Source: Chlorokybus atmophyticus
Lineage: Eukaryota; Plantae; Mesostigma and Chlorokybus algae
NCBI GenBank assembly: GCA_009103225.1
Contig: RHPI01003642.1
Location: forward strand, 859,099 to 923,098
Length of the DNA: 64,000 nucleotides
Direction of reading: 5' to 3'
Part shown: piece by piece, positions 24,851-35,985 of the stretch
How positions within the stretch are numbered: position 1 is the stretch's first letter
Layout of the letters: the number at the start of each line of letters is the position of its first letter
Notes under the pieces: generated by a model
What the model was told of the DNA's origin: nothing
What the model saw: only the letters and a program-made list of their open reading frames with translations
The model's database searches: none
Translations under genes and position numbers: made by a program

Positions 24851-26103
24851 CAACAATAACTGTGACAGCCCGTCACTGATGGGCGTTACGCTAAAGTCAG
24901 AACACAAGTTTCAATAAGCTTACACCACTCTACTGATACTCGGTGCTTAAGAGTTAGGCTAGCCTATACTGTATCTACTGCGTGGGAATTTCCTATGCCA
25001 GCGGCTGATTGCCACCTCTTCCAGACTGTATTCGGTTCCCTGAGCCTTCTACCAGATGTCACGTGGCGCACGTAGGGGCCTTGTGTTGAGTCCGTCCCTA
25101 TGTCACATGTGTTGTGTTGAAGCGGGTGCGTTACCTTCGACGAACTCTGTCCAAACAGGGTTCCTGTCACGCCGGCGCGGATCAGGAGGTAGTTGACAAA
25201 TTCAAATTGCCCGGTGTAGGCCGCTTGCCCGCGTGTACGGATGCGCCCCATTGCGCTTGGAAAAGTTTGTTGGTGACAAGTGGCTTTGCCACAAGCAGTT
25301 GCAGCCGGCAACTTGGCGGCCAGTGCGTGCTGTGCCACCGGTACAGCGGGTGGTCTAGGTTGTCTAACCTAGGAATTCATGTGCAAGTGGCCGACTATGA
25401 CCAGCAAGTAGGGTTGCGACCCTTATGAACTACGGCTTGTTACTTGCGGCGAAAAGTGCTGTGAGTTGCGATGCGTAATTGCAACTGGGTTTGTTGTTTA
25501 CAGTACATGGTATGGTGATTGAGTTTTGCCCATAGGTGTCGACCCAATCCTTGATTGCTCATACGGACCGTCTGTAACAGACGCACAAAAGCAGTGTGGC
25601 GTGACTGCCAGCGGACGTGCGAAAGCACTGCATAGGCTATGGCAACGGCCGTGCACAATGGGCAACGCCTGGGTGAAGCGTGCTAAATATTCAGCTCAAT
25701 CGGCTACCCGATTGAGACCCGCCACGGGCCGTCGGCCGGTCACGCTGCTCTGAGTCAACTTGCTTTGGATTCTGCGCCGACGTTCTCCCACCTCGTTACG
25801 GACATGCCGAGCGCTGTGCTCGGAGCACGATTGTGCTAAGCACTGCTGAGCACGTGCACGCGCACGCGGGCAACTGTCGGTGTGGCAAGTGGACTGTTCG
25901 CTGAACAACTCCGTCGCCTCGCAAACGCGCGATGTGTCATCAGGTGGCGCGACATAGGGACTACAACAGCCATCTTACAACTTAGGTTTTGTGTTGTAGT
26001 GTTGTAGTGCACAACACGCACAAGACTTGAGTACCGTATTTGCCCGGATAGAAGCCCCCCCTTTTTACAGAAGCCCCTCCCCTTTTTATTTAGGGGGCTT
26101 GTA

Positions 26104-26292
26104 CCGTAGAAACACGTACATTACAACCTAAGAAAATTATCTCATGACTGGGGTTGTATTTGGATTAGGTATTTTATGCCTTATTGATGCTAACATCATC
26201 GCATTGGCTATTATGGTCATTATAGCAGAAGGTTGAAATGAGAAAAGAATAACTTAAAGTGACTGTGGGTTGTGATGTAAGTGTCTCTACGG
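26104..26292. mobile_element. 189-bp MITE (Tc1/mariner-type, TA target duplication)
   Basis: TIRs are CCGTAGAAACACGTACATTACAACC and the reverse complement CCGTAGAGACACTTACATCACAACC (22/25 identical). TA flanks both ends (26102-03, 26293-94). Removing the element restores AGGGGGCTTGTATTTG, which matches the uninterrupted motif at ~26651. Confidence 0.85.
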
Positions 26293-26300
26293 TATTTGGG

Positions 26301-26411
26301 NNNNNNNNNNNNNNNNNNNNNNNNNNNNNNNNNNNNNNNNNNNNNNNNNNNNNNNNNNNNNNNNNNNNNNNNNNNNNNNNNNNNNNNNNNNNNNNNNNNN
26401 NNNNNNNNNNN
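26301..26411. other. Assembly gap (N run) followed by a poly-G tract
   Basis: Run of N from 26301 to 26411, then a G homopolymer at ~26414-26432. Confidence 0.99.
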
Positions 26412-26755
26412 GTGGGGGGGGGGGGGGGGGGGGTGGTCTATTGCACCAGAAGGCCTTTAGTCGGTGCGAGGTACGTTGTGAACTCTGTGAGTCACGCGCA
26501 TCAAGTGAGACTTGACACTTAAGGCGCGCGATCCGCGCATAGAGCAGCGTAACTCAAGCGTGTATAGAGTGATTCGTCGAGCACAATAGGTCCCGCTAAG
26601 TTATGTGGGGGCTTGGATATGTTTACATAGAACCCCCACTTCTTTTCGCCAGGGGGCTTGTATTTGAGGGGGCAGAGCTGTTGGCGTTTTCAGATCACTT
26701 TATGATGCGGGCAATTAGCGATCACGTCATAGTGGCTTACTTATTAAAAACATGA

Positions 26756-27585
26756 ATGTGGGGTTACAATCGCTGTAACTTGGAGCGTTTCTATACAAGA
26801 GTGTGGACTCGGTTGAGCGGTACTCTTAGATGTACCGAATCGGCAACCGGCACATCTATATACTGCCAAATAAGTACTACGTTCAGCCTACGAAGCTACC
26901 ATGATGACGATGCAGCCATGGCAGAGCTCAAAGAATACATAGCCTCTCACAAAGCTAAAGGTGAAGATTGATGCCCGGATAGAAAATCTCAAAATTGTTG
27001 ACACTAAAGAGCCCATAGAGATTTTGCTCGACGTTAGGGCCATAGCAGACCATTCGGATGCCCTCCTTAGCGAGGTTATGCGGAGCTATTGACTTTCTCA
27101 TATGCTGAAGTATAGTGGCAAAGTGGTCTGCCACGACCAGAAGTTTGTAATGGCTCATACTGGACCTGCAATATCGGAAAAATATGCATGATATGTTTTT
27201 CTTAGACTTTGGTGCTGGTGCCGGGGGCTTCTCAACTTATGCTCTAAAGGGAGGATACAACGGCTATATGGTGGGTTCTGAAAGCAACTCTATTACCGGG
27301 CTTGGTCTCTTTGTTTACAAGATGAACAATGCCTTCACAAAATTGGTAGGTGTTTGTGCGCTTCAAGTTAATGGGACTTACATAACTTGGTACGCTCACT
27401 CTCGTGCTAGCTTGTTTCCTATGCAAGATCAACACAACCATGGGTTCAATCATGATGATGTAGCATCTACTGGGCTACCTGCAGACAAGCCTCCTCGTCG
27501 TCTTCCACAAGTTAAGTCTTTTGCCACCATTGCCCAAGAGAATGTGCGCGAGGTGTTCTCTGGCTTCAACCGTAATAGTGCGTGA
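26756..27585 (+). pseudogene. Degenerate ORF with a class I SAM-dependent methyltransferase motif I-like segment
   Basis: ORF 27184-27585 begins MHDMFFLDFGAGAGGFSTYALKGG, an acidic/Gly-rich SAM-binding-like loop. Upstream coding-like frames (...DAAMAELKEYIASHKAK / VKIDARIENLKIVDTKEPIEILLDVRAI...) join only through frameshifts or stops. Confidence 0.4.
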
Positions 27586-27892
27586 CATATGGCAGTGTTC
27601 AATCATGGGCTCAGCAAGGACATCTCTGAACTTGAAGCCGGGGGTACGGAAAGGATCACGAGAGTTAAGCGATGGGTTGGCAATTCATTTCCAAACATCA
27701 TGGCATGTAAGTTTACTTTATTGTAATGCATGCCTATGATGATGTTTTCAATAAATGCAACTGCCATGATCTGCAAGTGCTTGCAGTGAATGACTACTTG
27801 CCGGCTTCAGCAGATTTAAAACATGATGCAAATTGGCAAAACTTGCACACGATGAGCTATGAACAGCCCCTCCCCCTGCTGATGCTGCAGCG

Positions 27893-28580
27893 ATGGACGT
27901 GAATGAAGAAGCTCCAGAGAAGTCTGCTGGTGGGCACACAGTTGAAGGAGAAGGCAGGCAGCAGAATGTAGAGGAGGAACATGAACATGACGAGGAGGCT
28001 GCGGCAGCTGCCAAGATAGCTGAGGAGGAACTGCACGAGAGGCTCAACCGGCTCAAGGACATGTTCATGGACCTCAATTACCTCAGTGGTGATGAAGGCG
28101 AGCCCGAGTCCCGTATGTCGACGCTAATGCCAAAGCCCATTAGCAGTTGCGTAATAAATGCGCCTGTGCACCTTGCACTGAACAGCCCCAAGGAGGCTGA
28201 TAATATCTAAAAGAAAAAAGAAATGATGTGGAGAATGTGGTGTCCGAGCTCAGGGAACCGCTCACGGTATGTCATAGGCTGCTCTGTTCCTGACTGTGAA
28301 GCTACACTCGACTTTGCCGCCATGTGTGTACCCCAACAGATGCAATAAACTAGGGTGTGAGAAGCACCTCCACGACTTGTGCGTTACCCGCTTCATTGTT
28401 CAAGAAGAGGTTGAAGTGCAAAAATGTACTGACCACCACCCCGAAGTGTCGAAGACGTGGAAGAAGCTCATGGCAAAACAAGGGTGCATAAGCAAGACAC
28501 GCAATGTGAGAGGCTGCAACATATGCAGAGACACGGATGGGTGCGCACTATGCTCGCCCCAGTTGCAGCTCAAGTCGTAA
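27893..28580 (+). pseudogene. Degenerate acidic ORF followed by a Cys/His-rich PHD-like zinc-finger remnant
   Basis: An acidic segment (EEEHEHDEEAAAAAKIAEEELHERL) is followed, across stops and frame changes, by CSVPDC...CNKLGCEKHLHDLC...CTDHHP. Confidence 0.35.
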
Positions 28581-29664
28581 CCCAAGTCTGTGCCCCAGTC
28601 TCACATGCAAGACACTCAAGAGGATGACTTCGTTGAACCGTCGCAAGAGAAGCCAAAAAACTCTTTGTAAACATAATGGTAGAGTTCTACTATCCACCCT
28701 CCATGCATAGTGCTCCTATGCAGGAACCTCCATTCGTATGTTAATAGACTTTGTCACGACGGTAACCCTCGACACCCACTTTTCTCTCGCACTACATAAT
28801 GCACCAGAGACTGTCTTGTTGGTGCGCAGATCACCCAACCCGCTTTCAAACTGCCAGCAACACGCTCCGCCAACCGGGGCGCAGCTCTTATGTCGGCGGA
28901 TCTCGCAATCAGCCGACTGCCAGCATGGGCGTCGACCATTTAAAACGCGATCCCCATGGCAGCGGGCCGTGTTGACAGCCGACTTAGGCGAGGCCCGTAG
29001 TCAGCGTCGGCAGTGAGTTGCAAGTAGACGGACTTGAGCAAAATTGGCGATGGCACCGCCTGAGACTGACCACATCGGCCCACTTTGGAGCCGACGAGCG
29101 CCCGAGGCTTGGTGAAGCAGAGCCCCGCAGTACAAGTAGTTCAGTGATAGTTGTGTTATGTGCTGTTAGCGGCCCGTATTCCAACAAACAGTTGTTTTAC
29201 CCCCGGACTTGCCTTCGCCCGTACACTTGTAAGTGTACACTCTTTGCTCTCATGCTTGTGGCCATTGCATTTGCTGCATGCACACTGCATCATCCTTACA
29301 ATGCTGCAGTGCTTGCTTGTACCCCATTCACTGTTCAGTTGTAATCGTGCTTGCTCCCACCTGCACACTTGGTGCCTGTAGTGTGTGATCTCGTCTCACT
29401 TAGCTGCGTGACTGCTGCGTGCATTCTTTAAGCGTCCTTGCTTAGGCGCTTGTTGACTTGCAACTCACTCCGCAGCGCTTAGTCATCGCTTTGGTTGTGT
29501 GCACTCGCATTTGCCTTGTTCGTGCTCTTTGCGCGTGGTGTGCATGCCTCACAGGAGCCAAGGACTTAGCTGGGGAGCACGCAAGGTCATTCAGAGGATT
29601 ATGACGGGCTGAGTCTGCTACATCTCGGGCAGACGTTGCCTCAGACTCTCCAACAGCTGACAAA

Positions 29665-31210
29665 ATGGGTGTCGACAACCCCCTAAATGATGCAATTGAT
29701 TGTCTTCCTTCTCTCATCGACCTCAGTTCTGACATCGAAGAAGACATGACTGCCCCAGATGGCAGCCGCAACAATAGCGGGAGCAGTAGTGGCAACCGGA
29801 AGCTCGTCTTCACTGGAGCTGCAAACTCTATCTCTTTTAAGGAATGGATCAACCGCTTCAACTCCATTGTCCTCACCGTGAAGATGCAAGCCAACAACAA
29901 CTTAGATGATCCCGAGAAGTTCCACCTTGCTGCCGACTACTTGGATAACGTTACTGCAGCCGTGTGGCATGAAGTCACCACCGCATACGACCTTTCTAAA
30001 GACGAGAAACTTCTGCGCTCCAGCCATGGCCCTGCTCCGGTCATCAGCTACAGAAAGACTAGGCGTTCCACGCGTGCTAACTGTGGCGCCAAAAGTGGTC
30101 TTGCGTCCTCCACGAGAAATCACTCGCTCTCAGACAGGTCACGGACATTGGAGCAGTGCGTAAGGCACTACTACCACCACCACTGCACCCTTTATTGCAC
30201 CAACGGTGCTGGCCAATGGGACCCTTGCGGATTACGCTATTAGGTGCCAAGCAGCTGTTATTGCATACGCCCTTGCATTGACGACGGCTATTAACACCAC
30301 CGCCCCTCCAGCAGCACGTTAGCCACCTGCTGCTGAGGACCTGGCTACTACAGCATCACCGATGTCATCATGGGCAGATCTTATTACGCGTCTGAACCAA
30401 TGCCTACACTGCCAACAAGGCTCATGAGCTCATCCGGCTTGGGCGGAAGCACAAAGAAATTCCCGTCCAATTCTACGAGCGCGTCTTTGGGCTGGTTGAC
30501 AATACCACCTTGGGTTGTATCTTGTCAATGTAAAGCACTTGACCATCATGTATGTGGAGAATCTCAATGAGAACTTCCGCAAGCATGTGAAGACTGATCT
30601 GGCTGGTATACCCGGCTACTCGCTATGGCAAGCATACACCAGCGCCGTACACTAGCAAGAAGAGATGATAGAGGAGCAGGCAGCCCTGGAGATGAGTAGC
30701 CTATCATGTTAGAGCAGCAGCACCACTCCAGCATCAATCTGCGCCTAGCCCTGAAACCCTCGCGCTGCCCACGCCGTCATGCGCATAGAAGACAACCCCC
30801 ACCTGACTTCAAGTTGTCATAGGTGCGGCAAGGAAGGGCACTTCATCAAATATTGCCTAATGCAACGAGCTGACGTTCATTGCAACCACGGTGGCATGGA
30901 CGGGCACCGAGAAGTGGTGCGCTACACGCTGCATCTTAAGCTTAGGGAAGCTCTCGAAATAAACCCCTCCTTAGCTGGTGCCAACAACGGCAACAGGAAA
31001 AACGGCTACAAAAACAACAACGACAAGTGGGGAAAGGGGAAGGAGAAGGCGACTCGAGTTAGCAACAGCAAGCATAAGGGCAAAGCTATGAAGATGGCCT
31101 CCATTGCCTGGGGGGTGCCCGACCTGCAAAACGAGAAGAGCGTTCACCTTGCTTGGATCGAGAACTTTTGCAGTCGCAAGAATGAACTCGCTAATCTTCT
31201 CAATTTTTAA
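29665..31210 (+). mobile_element. Truncated Ty3/Gypsy-like gag relic
   Basis: FTGAANSISFKEWINRF...EKFHLAADYLDNVTAAVW resembles a gag capsid segment. A CCHC knuckle CHRCGKEGHFIKYC lies at ~30820-30860. The frames are interrupted and no pol was seen. Confidence 0.65.
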
Positions 31211-32192
31211 AATCAAGCTGCTTGCTTAGCTCACTCATGGAGGTTCGTTCGTACCATCTCCTCATCCGGCCGATATAACAATCCCATCGCGTGACCAAAC
31301 ACGGTCACCTCCTGCTCAGCGACAACAAGTCAGATCACCAGCGGCAAACCCAGCAGCTCCCTCACCACCAACACGAGCAAAGCTGCTCCAATAAGGCGTA
31401 GCGGACAATGCACGTCGTTGGGCACTCATGTAATCACGCTAACAAGTGCGATCCAGAGTGTACAGGCTACCCTTTGGACGCATGGCTAAGCAACCACCTG
31501 AGCTGCCTCAGACTGATCAACAGCTGCCTGGCCGCACCCTCGCTCGACCAAGGCAGCGGTGCCAGTCGTCGGCGCAAGGCCCGCCACCTATGGAATGCTC
31601 TAATGCAGCCCTGCTGGCACGCTGAGCTTGCTCAAGCTGTAAGTCGAGCAAGCGACTGCACATCCGCAATGCCAACTCTGCAGCTGCCTACAGCAGACTG
31701 CCCAGTTTCAGCCTTATGCCCCTACTTCTCAACCTGCACCGGCACATGCATGATTGGCATGCATGCAACTTCGCCAGAAGTAGGATGAACATACACTTGC
31801 AACATTTTGCATGCATGCTGCATGAGATGATGGTAGATCATATCATTCTCCACAAACAACAGCCGTATGTAACGCTAAGCAAGCGCTGGCGTTGCCTGTC
31901 ACAGTGCAGACGAACGTTCCATTGAACTGGGCAAAATTAACTGTGATGCTTGCTGGAGATTATTCCAAGCGAGGGGTGTTGGACCCTCCACGTAAGATGA
32001 GCCTGCCAATGGGGATAGGAGAAGGGTGCGGTCGGTGTGAGGGCATGAACAACACGTGTGGTTGTGCATAATTGCGCACACAATGACAGAAGCAGCAACT
32101 TGGCATGCGCGCTGACATACACATGCACGCACACATGCACGTTAGCTTGCTAAGTGCCTGCCAAGCTGACCACATGTGTAGTGCTCTGTTAG

Positions 32193-32196
<4 letters not shown>

Positions 32197-32258
<62 letters not shown>

Positions 32259-32259
32259 N

Positions 32260-32289
<30 letters not shown>
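32197..32289. repeat. (GA)n microsatellite
   Basis: About 46 GA units with one N at 32259. Confidence 0.99.
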
Positions 32290-32293
<4 letters not shown>

Positions 32294-33021
32294 CACCGTG
32301 TGTTCGTGCATTAAATCTGGCACGAGCGATAGCGCTTGAAACCTCACCGTACATTCATCCTTTCCAACTGCCAGTCAGTGCCCCTGCGCAAGGCATGCAC
32401 CATGCACCTACACGAAACCTTCTTGGCCGAAGTAGTTGTGTAAGCTATGCTTGCATCAGTAGAAGTAATTGTTTGAATTTCTTGCGTTCATGTGTCTTGG
32501 AAGTACGTATCGACACGCTGTGGCCAGCAGACTAATCGGTGTTGTGCATTTGGGCAGCGACTCTCATCCTTGCTGTTGCTGCTCGTCATGCTGAGGTCAG
32601 CGACAAGCCTACGCAGCTTGCGCTAAGTTAGAGTGCGAACATATGCGTAAAATGCCGAGCTAACAGCCGGCAGTTAGGACTGTCGTTGCTCGTGGCGCTG
32701 AAGTGGTGGAGGCGCCGGCGGCGGCGAGCGGTGGGTGTTGTTGTTATCTTAGTTGTTGACTTGCTAACTTTGTGCTAGCTAGCTGTAGTGTAAACATCAA
32801 CAACATTTGTTGTGTTTGTACACGCACAAGCATATGCGGCCGTGCTCAGCAGCGGTAAAATGTAGTCATGGTAGCAGCTGCTACCGTTGCTACGTCTTGT
32901 TATCATTCTTATTGTTTTAAGAGCGTGTTGATTTATCTATTCAATCCGCTGCCTCTGCTGCTGCTACAGGTGCCTGCATTCCTGTCATTTTTATGGAGTA
33001 TGTTGTTGGCTTGGCTGTCAT

Positions 33022-33693
33022 TGTAACAGTCAAGGCCAAATTCTGTGATTTTCATGGCCGTTTTAGGCCTTATTTGTAAGGTACATGTTTTTAATGACTT
33101 GTGGCGGATATCGGCGAGTTATGAGTCTGCCGCGGATATCGACCGGGGCCCCAAGACCAGTCCGGAAGGTGCCAGAAAACGGAGGGCCAGTCGAGAAGGG
33201 CTCGACCAGATTTCTGGAAGGGCCTGGCGCCAAGTAGTATAACTTGACCATATGAGCAGCAAATTAGGAGATCTTTGGTGCGTTGGAAAGGTCTAGAAGT
33301 GTACTACAAGATTCTGCAAGGGTATCTTAGCTTCTAGTTCCGTCTAGCGCTAGAATCGTCTAAACAGTAGCATGTGCAGACTGGTAGGTATAAAAGTGAC
33401 ATTCTACAACTTGCAATACAACCTTTAGCTCCCTAGTTTCTTGTGTGCAAGCTTGGTGGTGGTTAGCAGGGGTTGCTAGCGTGTGCCCACCGGTGTGTGC
33501 TTGCTTGTGTGACGATCCAAGGCGCTACACAAGTCGGTGTGTAGCTTCGAGCGCATGCGCGTGCGTACGCGAGTGGCGGGGCGCGTGTGTGTGCTTGGCA
33601 GAGGGGGCAAGGTTCCGGTGTGAATACCGTGTCTTGGTGAGAGGGTTGTGGATTGGACCAACTCACAGGTGACAAGGCACGAGCACCGTCACA
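33022..33693 (+). mobile_element. Solo LTR (672 bp)
   Basis: TG...CA ends (TGTAACAG...CCGTCACA, 6/8 inverted match). A perfect 5-bp TSD GTCAT lies at 33017-21 and 33694-98. TATA-like TATAAAA at 33389. Confidence 0.75.
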
Positions 33694-35985
33694 GTCATGC
33701 TAGTGACTGCTGCTGCTATGCTACACAAGCAAGGTCAAGTTGAAGCCACGGCAACAGCCGCAGCCGTTGTAGCCATTGCAGCTGCAGGTTGCCGTACTCT
33801 CCACAAGCTTGGCTGGCAGTTGAGGACTGTCGTTGGGGCGCCAACCCACAATCCTCGACAGTCACTAACCCTTCAAAAGTTAGCTGACACTTGAGGACTG
33901 TCGATTCAAAATCAAGCTGTTGCACATATTAAAGCACAACTGCATGCACGCCCACATACTCATCCACCTAATTGTGTAGTTACTTAATGCTTTGTGCACA
34001 TTCAGCACGGCACCACACGCTAACTGATGGGATGGCATGATTTGCATGCCTTTGACGCCAGCTGCTCGGATGAGGTGGAGTTTAGGCTTGACACGTAACA
34101 ATCACAAAGCGCAAAAGAGAGGTGTGATTATGTCATGCGGGTTGTCTCATCAACCATTGGTGTGCACTCACTTTGTATTGCATGCTCATTCGCAGTTGAC
34201 ATGGAATTGGTCCTCAACAAGCTGCCGGTGAGGCTGCCTTCTTGCTTCATATTGTACTTGCTAGCAGGCGGAAGGTGTTACCCTCTGCAGTGCGCAGTGC
34301 ATTGTGGTAGCTACCACGCGGAATTCTTTCCACAGACCAGCCCAGGTCCGCACGTTCGGACCAGGGCCAAAACGCAAAGGCGGCTTGGGGTCTGGACCAC
34401 GGGCGCCTGATTTGGTTCGAAGGCGGGGACCAGGGCTGGCGCAAAAGTAGTTACATAATTGTCACGCTTGGGCTCTTTGACCCGGCCCAGGGCTGGTTGC
34501 GTTTCTATCACATTGCGCAACGGACCACTGTGAGTCTATCATGCATGTTGATGCATGGACCAAGGGTGGTCCTCTCGTAGCACAATCTTGCTAAGAAGAT
34601 CATCGGTAGCGGTCCCATCATGGGACCATGTTTGGTTTGCACTGTAGGACCAGGTATGGTCCGCTTGTAATTTGAATGTTGACCTAAATCGTCTGCACAG
34701 ATGGTCCCGACCAGTGAGACCAACCATGGCTTTGCTGGTGGGACCATGCCTAGTCCACACCCAGCAATTACTGCGTACCAGCCAAATCTCACTGCATTTG
34801 TCCATGCTTGCATCCAAGGACCAGCACTGGTGCACAACACCCGCTGGCATTCTGCACCAATGCTGGTCTATAACCATGCACCATCAACACAGTATCCAAT
34901 TCTATCATATGGTGCGTGTCTGGCAATGTTGTGACCAGAAGGATGTACAGTTTTTATTATGCTAACTGCAGCAGCATTTTCGTAATTAATACTGGTCCTT
35001 AGCGCTCCAGCGCTCATAGACCACCTATGATGAGATTGAGCGCACGCTGCGTACACCACGTATTTCAGGCACTGCATGCACGCGTCCCTCATGTTCGCAC
35101 AAAACAATTGCAGCGGCACACGGCTAGTGAGATGGACAAGTGCACACCAACATCTGTTACCATAGACACTGCACGCACTTTGTATATAAGCAACACATCC
35201 ACTGTAAAACATAATGTACAATGTTGAACACTTGCAACTAATACAGCCCTGTTAACTATTTGTTGTACAACGATGCCCTCCCGCTTAGTTCATATTGCCC
35301 CACGAAACGGAACCTCTTAGGCTTAGGCATTTTACTTTCATTCGGCATGCTTGCATTTACAATGATGGTGAGTGCGCGCGAGCACACACACAGAGCTAGA
35401 CTCCTCACATTGGGCAATGTCTCCTTACACACGAGCATGAGCAGTCTACAAATGCCATAGACTGCAGCGTGACTGTTGTGTGCACTAGTCACATCACTTT
35501 GTGAAGGGTCAAAGAGCGGCCTATGTCTAAATCCGGTACCTGGCTTTTTTCTTTCGTGTAGCCACCCCTACCGCCGTCTTTTGTGGTGTCCTCCCCAATT
35601 CAAGTCTTAGCGATTGCAAATTGCACAACCGCTTGCATGATATGCCGTGTTGTGATGCTGTTCATTGAGTGCTGGTCGCCGAAGGGAGGAGGTGCCAATC
35701 TCTGCATCAGCCGCACCTCCTTCTTCCGTCAGAATTCCCATTGGCGGCCAACCTGCGCCTTAACAGGTGAATGCTCAGTGCCACAGCACACAGCCGCTAG
35801 TTGCTCCAAGTGCTTATCGTCTACTAAAATCTCGCTATAGACCGAGCCCTGCATGCACGCACTATCAGCACAAGCAATAGTTTAAACACAAAAACGCATA
35901 TAGCTAACCAACCTGAGGTCTCGCTGGGCAGCTGTGTTCAGTTAAGCGAGTATTATGACCTGGCATTCCCCCATCCAGACGTGCT

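Larger units (their letters stand above)
26034..26670. mobile_element. Probable left end of a pogo/Tc2-like DNA transposon; right end not found
   Basis: TA followed by CCGTATTTGCCCGGATAGAAGCCCC resembles CCGTA-type Tc1/mariner (pogo/Tc2) TIRs. An AGAA(G/C)CCCC...AGGGGGCTTGTATTTG unit recurs at ~26069 and ~26629 on either side of the assembly gap. Confidence 0.4.

Noticed and set aside
25000-25450. Minus-strand RNPVWTEF (BED-finger-like) and RWHST (hAT-like) words
   Set aside because: The words are too short, lie in different frames and the wrong order, and have no supporting Cys/His spacing or TIR/TSD.
26972-26983. GCCCGGATAGAA repeated from the putative TIR at ~26042
   Set aside because: It is a single 12-mer in direct orientation inside a coding-like frame and cannot serve as the missing right TIR.
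28752-28978. Candidate 5' LTR (TGTCAC...TTGACA) or DIRS-type terminus for the gag relic
   Set aside because: I found no matching second LTR, TSD or convincing PBS, and no tyrosine recombinase or RT. The boundaries are left unassigned.
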